In this document: positions 8,068-15,493 of the stretch, piece by piece
How the letters are laid out: each line of letters starts with the position of its first letter
How positions within the stretch are numbered: position 1 is the stretch's first letter
Origin: an uncultured Eubacteriales bacterium
GTDB taxonomy: Bacteria; Bacillota; Clostridia; Lachnospirales; Lachnospiraceae
DNA length: 24,000 nucleotides
Assembly: GCA_900318615.1 (NCBI GenBank)
Contig: ONLK01000006.1
Location: forward strand, 16,314-40,313
Reading direction: 5' to 3'
Translations under genes and position numbers: made by a program
Notes under the pieces: generated by a model
Databases searched by the model: none
Seen by the model: the letters and a program-made list of their open reading frames with translations, nothing else
Told to the model about the DNA's origin: nothing

Positions 8068-8092
8068 TTGAAATTTGCATCCGCTGCTGCCG

Positions 8093-9028
8093 TTATTTTG
8101 CCTTTACGAAAATCTTTCCATTGGCAGCCGGTGCGTTTGCTCTTCCGACGACCAGTACCAGAGCGAGAATGGTAACCACATACGGAATCATGGAAATCAG
8201 ATTGGGAGATACCATGTTGCTCTGACTGGCCAGTGTACGGATGCCGGTGCAGAAACCAAACAGCAGGCAGGCGAGCGTTGCGCCGCCCGGAGAGAATTTT
8301 CCGAAGATAACCGCTGCGATGGCAATGAAGCCCTGCCCGACAATGACGTTCGGGCGGAATTGATTGATGGTTGCCAGCGTTACAAAAGCGCCGCCCAGAC
8401 CGGAAAGGAATCCGGAAAGAATAACGCAGATATAGCGGACACCATACACATCGATACCCAGTGTTTCACAGGCTTCCGGGTGCTCCCCGCAGGCTCTCAG
8501 ATGCGAACCGAATTTCGTCTTGTAGAAAACAAACCAGCACAGCGCCGCTACGGCAAATACGAGGAATGCAGGCACGTACACATTCAGCACGTTGGCCCCG
8601 AAGGAACCGGTCTTAAAAACCCCCTCGAAAAATCTGGGAAGTTTATCGCTGGTATCCAGCGCCGGTGTGTCCGAGGAGTTGTCAAACATTGCCTTGCAAA
8701 GAAACAAAGCCAGCCCCTGCCCCAGGAAGTTGATGGCGGTGCCGGCGATCGTCTGGTCCGCATGAAGTGAAATGCAGACGATCGCATGAATCAAAGCCAG
8801 CGCCGCACCTGCCAGACCTCCGCACAGCCAGGCGATCCATCCGTTATGGCAGATCAGACCCATCACGGAACCCGTGAAAGCGCCGATGGTCATCATACCT
8901 TCAATACCGATGTTTACCACTCCGCTTCGCTCGGAAAAGCAGGAACCAAGCGCTGCAAAAAGAAGCGGCGGCGTAGCGATCAAAGTCGCATTCAAAAGAA
9001 GTCCGAGATTTTTAATAATGACATCCAT
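8093..9028 (-). CDS. ABC transporter permease, BMP/nucleoside (NupQ/RnsD/YufQ-like) family
   Basis: 311 aa polytopic membrane protein (FSERSGVVNIGIEGMM). Its start overlaps the stop of the upstream permease by 1 nt. Confidence 0.88.
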   Translation of the reverse strand: MDVIIKNLGLLLNATLIATPPLLFAALGSCFSERSGVVNIGIEGMMTIGAFTGSVMGLICHNGWIAWLCGGLAGAALALIHAIVCISLHADQTIAGTAINFLGQGLALFLCKAMFDNSSDTPALDTSDKLPRFFEGVFKTGSFGANVLNVYVPAFLVFAVAALCWFVFYKTKFGSHLRACGEHPEACETLGIDVYGVRYICVILSGFLSGLGGAFVTLATINQFRPNVIVGQGFIAIAAVIFGKFSPGGATLACLLFGFCTGIRTLASQSNMVSPNLISMIPYVVTILALVLVVGRANAPAANGKIFVKAK

Positions 9029-10104
9029 TATTCTGCCTCCTCACTCTTTCTGCGGATTTTCATAAACAGTTCCTTAAATACGTGCGTGATGGCAATGAGA
9101 ATAATGACGCATCCCATGATGATGTTGATAACTTCCGAGGGAGCGTGAACCATCGTCAGCTTTGAACCGCCGTATTTCATAGCACCGTAAAAAATACCGG
9201 AGAAAATGCATCCGACCGGACTGGATCCGCCGATCAGCGCCACCGAGATTCCTTCGAAACCGAAGCCCTCCTGCGCAGCCAGCTGACTCAGGCGCCCACC
9301 CATGCCGAGTGTCTGAACAGCTCCGCCCAGGCCGGCCAGGGCTCCGGAAATGCCCAGAGCGGTCAGAACCGATTGATCGGAGTCGATGCCGGCGAAACGG
9401 GCTGCACTTGCATTGAAGCCGACGGCCTTCAGCCTGAAGCCGAGCGTTGTTTTCTCAATAATAATGAAGATAAGGATGGCTGCCACAATAGCGATCACAA
9501 TGCCGGCATTCGCCTGACTGCAATCCAGAAAATCCCGGAATGCCTTCGGCCACAGCAGGCGGGCGCTGTCATGAACATCCCTTGTAGCCTCGCCGCCGCC
9601 TTCCTTGTGAATAGCCTTGATGTTAACGATGTAGTTTTGCAGATAAAAGGCAATCCAGTTGAACATGATGAAGGAAAGAACTTCATGTATTCCCCTTTTA
9701 ACCTTCATGATGCCGACGATCATAGACCATACGTACCCCGCCGCCATGGCGGCCATCAGGCAGAGCGGAATCTCCAGCACCGCCGGCAGATCCACAAAGA
9801 TACCGATCAGACAGGAAGCAATACACCCCATAATATACTGACCCTCGGCACCGATGTTGAAGATTCCGGTACGGAAGGAAAATGCAACCGAAAGACCGGT
9901 CAGCATGATCGGGCTTGCATAGATCAGAGTATATACCAGGTATTTGGGTTTGCTGAAAACACTGCTCAGCAGTTTTCCGTAAGCCACGGACGGTGAAATG
10001 CCTGCGATCTGCAGAAAGATAGCTCCGATCAGAAAGCCAATCAGGATGGCGATGACCGTATAAAGAATGCTGCTGTCGAAAATGCTTTTTCTCTTCGTTT
10101 TCAT
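9028..10104 (-). CDS. ABC transporter permease, BMP/nucleoside (NupP/RnsC/YufP-like) family
   Basis: 358 aa polytopic membrane protein (FNIGAEGQYIMG). There is a 4-nt ATGA-type overlap with the ATPase stop. Confidence 0.88.
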   Translation of the reverse strand: MKTKRKSIFDSSILYTVIAILIGFLIGAIFLQIAGISPSVAYGKLLSSVFSKPKYLVYTLIYASPIMLTGLSVAFSFRTGIFNIGAEGQYIMGCIASCLIGIFVDLPAVLEIPLCLMAAMAAGYVWSMIVGIMKVKRGIHEVLSFIMFNWIAFYLQNYIVNIKAIHKEGGGEATRDVHDSARLLWPKAFRDFLDCSQANAGIVIAIVAAILIFIIIEKTTLGFRLKAVGFNASAARFAGIDSDQSVLTALGISGALAGLGGAVQTLGMGGRLSQLAAQEGFGFEGISVALIGGSSPVGCIFSGIFYGAMKYGGSKLTMVHAPSEVINIIMGCVIILIAITHVFKELFMKIRRKSEEAE

Positions 10105-11660
10105 TCTTTCCTTCCTCCTGCCATCATGAAGCCGAGTTCCTTTTCATCCGCATCCTTGCCGGACACGCTGCCGTTGATCTTCCCATTGAAAATAACCTCG
10201 ATGCGGTCGGAAAGACTCATAATTTCATCCAATTCGAAGGAAACGAGCAGAACCGCACGCCCCTTGTCCCGCTGCTCCACCAGATATTTGTGGACGAACT
10301 CGATGGCACCGACATCCAGCCCCCGGGTCGGGTTGACTGCGATCAGAAGATCCTTATCGTTCGTCACCTCGCGGGCAATGATTACCTTCTGCTGATTGCC
10401 TCCGGACAGTGTTCCCGCCGGATGCGCCTCTGCCCCGCGCGGACGGACATCAAATTTATCCATCAGTCCGGTGGCATGGTCATGAATAGCCTTCTTATTC
10501 AGCATACCCTTGTGGGAATACGGCTCCTCCTCAAAATGCTGAAGCACCATATTGTTTTCAATGGAAAAATCCAGAATCAGGCCGTATTTCTGACGGTCCG
10601 CCGGAATGCTGGATAGTCCGGCCTCGAAAATCTGCTTAGGCGTGTGATTGACAATCTCCTGCCCGTGCATCTTCACCGAACCGGAATCCGCTTTCTTTAA
10701 GCCGGACAGGATCTCTACAAGCTCCGTCTGTCCGTTGCCGTCGACACCGGCAAGGCCTACAATTTCGCCGGCATGAACCTGAATATTGAATCCCTTCAGG
10801 ATTTCCACACCGCGGTAATCCTTCGCGTGCAGATCCCTCACGTCCAGAACCAGGTCTCCCGGTTCCTGCTCTTTCTTGTCCACCGTGAATTTAACATCCC
10901 GGCCGACCATCATGGAAGCCAGCTGATTTTCACTTACATCGCTGACCTTCACGGTGTCAATATATCTGCCCTGCCGGATGATGGTACAGTAATCGGAGGA
11001 GGCTGTTATTTCTTTCAGCTTATGCGTGATCAGAATAACACTTTTCCCATCTGCCGTCAGGTTCTGAATGATTTCCATCAGGCCGTCGATTTCCTGCGGT
11101 GTCAGAGAAGCCGTCGGTTCATCAAGAATAAGCACCTCCGCGCCGCGGTAAAGAACCTTCAGGATCTCGACACGCTGCTGCATGCCGACCGAAATATCCT
11201 GAATCTTCGCGTCCGGGTCTACCTTCATGGAATACCGCTCTGAAAGCTCCATAACTCTGTCCCGGGCCTTTTTTACATCCACCACCAGTCCCCTGACAGG
11301 TTCAACACCAAGAATAATGTTTTCGGTTACAGTAAAAGGAGGTATCAGCATAAAGTGCTGATGTACCATTCCAATTCCAAGATCAGACGCATATTTCGGA
11401 CTGCTGATATTTACCTCTTTTCCCTTGAGAAAAATCTGACCGCTGGTCGGACGGTACAGCCCGCACAGCACGTTCATCAGCGTACTCTTCCCGGCTCCGT
11501 TTTCGCCCAGAATAGCGTGAACCTCCCCTTTGTGGACTTTCAGATTAATGTGGTCATTGGCGGTAAAACTGCCGAATTTTTTGACAATATCCCGCATCTC
11601 AACCACGACTGTAGTCGGGTCCATGTGGCTTTCGTGACTCACTGCTTCAACCTCCTCCAT
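10101..11660 (-). CDS. Duplicated-cassette ABC ATP-binding protein of the nucleoside/simple-sugar importer (NupO/RnsB/YufO-like)
   Basis: 519 aa. It has Walker A GENGAGKST, the signatures VGMQQRVEILK and LSGGNQQKV, and two Walker B motifs (LILDEPT, LIAVNPTRGLD). The ATG at 11660 is 5 nt after the activase stop. Later in-frame starts (M13, M22) are possible. Confidence 0.9.
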   Translation of the reverse strand: MEEVEAVSHESHMDPTTVVVEMRDIVKKFGSFTANDHINLKVHKGEVHAILGENGAGKSTLMNVLCGLYRPTSGQIFLKGKEVNISSPKYASDLGIGMVHQHFMLIPPFTVTENIILGVEPVRGLVVDVKKARDRVMELSERYSMKVDPDAKIQDISVGMQQRVEILKVLYRGAEVLILDEPTASLTPQEIDGLMEIIQNLTADGKSVILITHKLKEITASSDYCTIIRQGRYIDTVKVSDVSENQLASMMVGRDVKFTVDKKEQEPGDLVLDVRDLHAKDYRGVEILKGFNIQVHAGEIVGLAGVDGNGQTELVEILSGLKKADSGSVKMHGQEIVNHTPKQIFEAGLSSIPADRQKYGLILDFSIENNMVLQHFEEEPYSHKGMLNKKAIHDHATGLMDKFDVRPRGAEAHPAGTLSGGNQQKVIIAREVTNDKDLLIAVNPTRGLDVGAIEFVHKYLVEQRDKGRAVLLVSFELDEIMSLSDRIEVIFNGKINGSVSGKDADEKELGFMMAGGRKE

Positions 11661-11665
11661 GTCTG

Positions 11666-12508
11666 TCAGATCAGAATGATTTTTTCATAATCCATCTGTC
11701 TGAGAATTTCTTCCAGCTCTTCAAGATACCGGCGGCTGGGAACCGTCAGGTTTTTAAATTCCGGCCTTACGCCCATCGGGCGGAAAGCGATCAGCTTCAT
11801 CAAAAACGGGTGCATGTCATAGTACGGTTTCAGGAACCTGCCTGCCTGTGTCACACTGTTTTTTGTATCGTAGAGGTCCGGAGCAATAACAAAGCGAACT
11901 TCCTCCAATTTCCCGTTTTTCCCGAGATAAACGGCATTTTCCAGCACGGTCCGGTTTGTATGTCCGGTCACATGAATGCACTGCTGCTCGTCAAATGCCT
12001 TGATGTCCAGCATAACTCCGTCCGTAACCTTCATCAGGTCCGGATAGGAATCAAAGGCGATGGTACCGTTGCTGTCGATCAATGTCCCCAGCCCGTCGGC
12101 ACGAGCCATGGAAAACAGCTCCGTAAGGAACTGCGGGTGCAGCATGCACTCGCCGCCTGAAACGGAAATTCCGCGGATATAGGGGATCTGTTTCTTCACC
12201 CGCTCGTATACCTGCGCCGCATCCCACAGATGCGTGCGCGGGGTGCTGTCGTACGGGCATATATGAATGCAGGTATCGCACTGGCAGCACAGGCGCTCGT
12301 CCCATACCACGTTTCCGTCCTTCATGGACAGAGCGCCGGCCGGGCAATTAGATACACAGACACCGCAGTTTACGCACATCCCGCGGGTTTCCGGGTTATG
12401 ACAGTATTTGCAGCGGATATTGCATCCCTGCAGGAACACGGCGGTCCGGTTGCCCGGCCCGTCCACGCTGCTGAAAGGGATAATCTTATTGACAAGAACT
12501 TTTTCCAT
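11666..12508 (-). CDS. yjjW: Glycyl-radical enzyme activating protein (radical SAM), YjjW-like, with two extra ferredoxin-type Cys clusters
   Basis: 280 aa. The N-terminal activase signature is SVDGPGNRTAVFLQGCNIRCKYCHNPE (CX3CX2C at about 12401-12424). Two additional clusters follow: CVNCGVCVSNCP and CCQCDTCIHICP. The RBS GGAGAA is present. It begins 17 nt after the GRE stop. Confidence 0.88.
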   Translation of the reverse strand: MEKVLVNKIIPFSSVDGPGNRTAVFLQGCNIRCKYCHNPETRGMCVNCGVCVSNCPAGALSMKDGNVVWDERLCCQCDTCIHICPYDSTPRTHLWDAAQVYERVKKQIPYIRGISVSGGECMLHPQFLTELFSMARADGLGTLIDSNGTIAFDSYPDLMKVTDGVMLDIKAFDEQQCIHVTGHTNRTVLENAVYLGKNGKLEEVRFVIAPDLYDTKNSVTQAGRFLKPYYDMHPFLMKLIAFRPMGVRPEFKNLTVPSRRYLEELEEILRQMDYEKIILI

Positions 12509-12525
12509 ATTCTGTTCTCCGCCGG

Positions 12526-14070
12526 TCAGCGTACCTTGCGCTCCAGAATGTGTCCGTTTTTAGAAGCGCCCAGGCCGAGGGCTGTTGTATCATGAATAAC
12601 AGCCTCATTTTTGTCAAGCTTTTCCATCTCCGAGCGTTTAACCAGATATCCGGTTACACGGATCACATCGCTGTCGCTGGAATAGAAGGAAAGGTAACGC
12701 AGGTTCTCGCGGAAGCTTCCCTTGATGATATCCAGAACATACTCCGGATTGCGGTGAACGGTCATGTCGATCGGGAAAATGTCACCCGTGCCGGACGGGA
12801 AATACTTGTGGAAATGACTCAGAACATTCAGCTGATCCACCAGTTCATCCGGCTCCTCCCCGATCGGGATACGGGTACCCGGCGTTACGCCGACATCGCT
12901 GGCAATACCAACCTGTGCGTGAAGCAGGAAATGCCCGCCTGTAACCTCGCAGTACTTGTTGTAATGATTCTTGTTGAAGGCATCAATGATGTCCATGATC
13001 TCAACGCCGAGCTTCGTAGCATTGTCGGTGTGTCCAAAATGTCCTTCCACGCCCTCCTTCTTCAGCAGGATATTGACTGCCTCCGCCAGGCCGACCAGTC
13101 CGAACATGGCCGTAAAACGGTCGCGGTGAATAAATCCCTCCCGTGCCAGGAAGCTGTTCTCAAAAAATTCGCTTTCCTCAACCTCGAACTTAATTCTCGC
13201 ATCCATATAGCGGGCCATAATGTCCATCACATACGGAAGCTGATTCTTCTCGAAGTCTTCGATGTTTTTTGAGCGCTTTGCAATATTGCCGAGGATCAGA
13301 CGGCACAGGGTGTAGGAACCTCCGCCGTACGGAAGTCCGTTGTAGCAGCTGGCAATGACATAATCCTTTGTCAGCTCGCTTTCAAACATTTTATTATTGG
13401 CAAAACTGGGCTTTGCGCATTTCAAGGCACAGTTGATTGCTTTCAGTGTAAAATCGTCCGGTGTGATGTTTTCATCATACTTCATGGAAAGGTTTGGAAC
13501 CGCGTCCTGAAGTTCAGCTTCCGCCTCAAAAATATATTCGGCCGTTCTGGAAGCCTTCGGTCCGATGTCCGCATGCGAAAAGGAATCCAGAATGGTGCGG
13601 TCGCAGTTCTGGAGGAAAAGCCGGATCAGCTTTCTGGCGGTCGCCTCATCGACGGTATCGATGAACGGCTCCAGCAGATCATCCAGTTGTCCCATGTATA
13701 CCGGATAATTGGTGACGCTGGGGACATGCTTGTAGAAAATCAGAAGCGTATTGAGCGCTTCAAAAAGGTCCTTCGGCGGATCCAGTCTCAGATAACTGCA
13801 TCCTTCCTTCATCAGTTTTGCATAGTCCGGCGCAATATAGCGCGGACGCATGGGTGCATGGCCTTCGGAAAGATCACAGATGCACTGTGTATCTATCGGC
13901 GCATACAGAAGTTCATCGAGTCCTTCCGGCTTATCCAGAACCTCCAGCAGCGAATCCGCCTCCTGGGCCATGACAGCAACTTTCTGCTCATGTGTGAGCG
14001 TCGAACTTTTGATGGTGTCAAGAATCTGCTGTCTTGTCTGGTTGACACGTTCCATTGAGATATCTCGCAT
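12526..14070 (-). CDS. yjjI: YjjI-family (DUF3029-type) predicted glycyl-radical enzyme, substrate unknown
   Basis: The ORF is 12526..14094. I prefer the start at MRDISMERV (14070) because AAGGAG lies 8 nt upstream. That gives about 514 aa. The C-terminal glycyl-radical motif DVIRVTGYLVKR (Gly codon 12649-12651) sits about 40 aa from the end. A dedicated activase lies immediately downstream. The size and C-terminal motif are as I recall for E. coli YjjI. Confidence 0.8.
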   Translation of the reverse strand: MRDISMERVNQTRQQILDTIKSSTLTHEQKVAVMAQEADSLLEVLDKPEGLDELLYAPIDTQCICDLSEGHAPMRPRYIAPDYAKLMKEGCSYLRLDPPKDLFEALNTLLIFYKHVPSVTNYPVYMGQLDDLLEPFIDTVDEATARKLIRLFLQNCDRTILDSFSHADIGPKASRTAEYIFEAEAELQDAVPNLSMKYDENITPDDFTLKAINCALKCAKPSFANNKMFESELTKDYVIASCYNGLPYGGGSYTLCRLILGNIAKRSKNIEDFEKNQLPYVMDIMARYMDARIKFEVEESEFFENSFLAREGFIHRDRFTAMFGLVGLAEAVNILLKKEGVEGHFGHTDNATKLGVEIMDIIDAFNKNHYNKYCEVTGGHFLLHAQVGIASDVGVTPGTRIPIGEEPDELVDQLNVLSHFHKYFPSGTGDIFPIDMTVHRNPEYVLDIIKGSFRENLRYLSFYSSDSDVIRVTGYLVKRSEMEKLDKNEAVIHDTTALGLGASKNGHILERKVR

Positions 14071-14230
14071 AACATTACTCCTTGCAGGGTTCACCCCGAA
14101 ATAATTTGAAACATTGCTGGCATCCGAAGCTTAATCCGGTCATTCTGCCGGGGGATAGCAGCCGGGACACAGGGTAAAGGCTGCAGCGCACTGTCCTGAG
14201 AAGCCTCTGAAGTTGGGACAGCCGCTATAG
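14071..14230 (-). promoter_or_regulatory. Structured ~160-nt leader in front of the GRE gene (candidate cis-regulatory RNA, class unknown)
   Basis: Minus-strand pairings visible by eye are CTGTCC...GGACAG, GCAGCC...GGCTGC, CCGG-cagaatga-CCGG, long-range CCCCG...CGGGG, and GGG-gtgaa-CCC next to the RBS. The region looks more GC-rich than the other intergenic regions in the window. Confidence 0.3.
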
Positions 14231-14261
14231 TAACACAAAGACGGAACCTTTACGGGTTCCG
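14231..14261 (-). terminator. Terminator-like hairpin after the binding-protein gene (probably a partial, intra-operon terminator)
   Basis: The minus strand reads CGGAACC-cgtaaa-GGTTCCG followed by TCTTTGTGTT. Confidence 0.45.
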
Positions 14262-14322
14262 CCCTTTTGTTAACCATAAATACTGTCACGAAATTAAAAT
14301 CCGCAACATGACCGCCTGCCGG

Positions 14323-15366
14323 TCAGTCATCCAGCTCGTAGATATCGCCGTACTTCTCCTCAAACTCTTCTTTGGTCTTCGGAACAACGACTTCTCCGGA
14401 AATGATCTTTTCCTTAACGTCATCAACAGCTGCAATTACGTCGTCGGAAAGAAGGTCCGTTGTCGGAGCAATATCAACGCCGCCATGAGCCAGATCATAC
14501 TCATGAATTCCGCTCTCCAGCTTATCCTGGATCAGCTCTTCGGTTGTCTCATATACGGCGTTATCTACTCTCTTCATTGCGGAGGTGATAACGGTATCCG
14601 GAGCGATGGAGCTCTGGTCAGAGTCAACACCGATGGCTTTGATTTTCGCTTCCTGGCATGCTTCGATCACGCCGAGTCCCGTAGCGCCTGCCGCGTGGAA
14701 GATTACATCGGCACCGTTGGTGATTTCCTGGTTGGCCATGGACTTTCCGGTTGCGGAATCGGAGAAGGAGTTTGCGTTCTGCTGAAGGACGGTTGCGTCC
14801 GGGTTGGCATCCTTGACACCTGCCAGATAGCCGTATCCGAACTGGTTCATCGTATCGTTGGCCATGCCAAGTACAAAACCGACCGTGTTGGTTTCGGTTA
14901 CCAGACCTGCGACATAGCCTACCAGATAGGAAGCCTGCTCCTGACGGAACATAAGACAGGTAACATTGTCAAGATCAGAGCAGCTTGAATCATCAATGAT
15001 AGCGAATTTCTGATCCGGATTCTCCTCTGCGGCGGATCTCATGGCATCGGCCAGCATGTAGCCTACGCAGATGATCAGGTCGCAGTCCTCATCCATAAAG
15101 CTTTCGATGTTCGGAGTGTAGTCAGCATCTGTCTTGGATTCCAGATAGTTCACGGTTACGCCGAAATCCTCGCCTGCCTTCTGAAGGCCTTCCCATGCGC
15201 TCTGGTTGAAAGAACCATCATTGACACCGCCGACATCCGTAACCAGACCTACGGAAAAATCAGATCCGTCCAGATCCGGAGCCTCCGTTGCGGACTCTGC
15301 GAAGGCAGGTGCCGCCATTGCCAGTACCATGGATGCCGATAAAATCACTGATAATGCTTTTTTCAT
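14323..15366 (-). CDS. BMP-family (PnrA/TmpC/NupN-like) ABC substrate-binding protein, nucleoside-binding type
   Basis: 347 aa. An N-terminal signal sequence is followed by VGLVTDVGGVNDGSFNQSAWEGL, the typical BMP-family nucleoside-binding N-domain. An AAGGAGAG RBS is present. Confidence 0.9.
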   Translation of the reverse strand: MKKALSVILSASMVLAMAAPAFAESATEAPDLDGSDFSVGLVTDVGGVNDGSFNQSAWEGLQKAGEDFGVTVNYLESKTDADYTPNIESFMDEDCDLIICVGYMLADAMRSAAEENPDQKFAIIDDSSCSDLDNVTCLMFRQEQASYLVGYVAGLVTETNTVGFVLGMANDTMNQFGYGYLAGVKDANPDATVLQQNANSFSDSATGKSMANQEITNGADVIFHAAGATGLGVIEACQEAKIKAIGVDSDQSSIAPDTVITSAMKRVDNAVYETTEELIQDKLESGIHEYDLAHGGVDIAPTTDLLSDDVIAAVDDVKEKIISGEVVVPKTKEEFEEKYGDIYELDD

Positions 15367-15428
15367 GTTCGACTCTCCTTTTCTAAATAATATTTACGGG
15401 CATAATTCCACACCCGATCTACAAGTTG

Positions 15429-15457
15429 ATTATAGTCTGTACATGACTTTATTACAA
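15429..15457 (-). promoter_or_regulatory. Candidate promoter of the nucleoside-transporter/GRE operon
   Basis: The minus strand reads TTGTAA, a 17-nt spacer, then TATAAT. It lies about 60 nt upstream of the binding-protein ATG. Confidence 0.5.
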
Positions 15458-15493
15458 GAAAAAACCTTTCAGAATAAATAAATTGCCGCAGCA

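Noticed and set aside
8075-11690. Plus-strand ORFs (8075-8770, 8786-9148, 9373-9996, 10290-10616, 10773-11243, 11355-11690) opposite the transporter genes
   Set aside because: All lie antisense to membrane-protein or ATPase genes with clear family motifs. They are low-complexity or Arg/His-rich translations without RBSs.
12550-14104. Plus-strand ORFs (12550-13272, 13573-14058, 13850-14104) opposite the GRE gene
   Set aside because: They lie antisense to the YjjI-family ORF, which has a glycyl-radical motif and a good RBS. They have no independent support.
14308-14988. 226-aa plus-strand ORF opposite the BMP binding-protein gene
   Set aside because: It is an antisense shadow ORF. The minus-strand product has an unmistakable BMP-family sequence.
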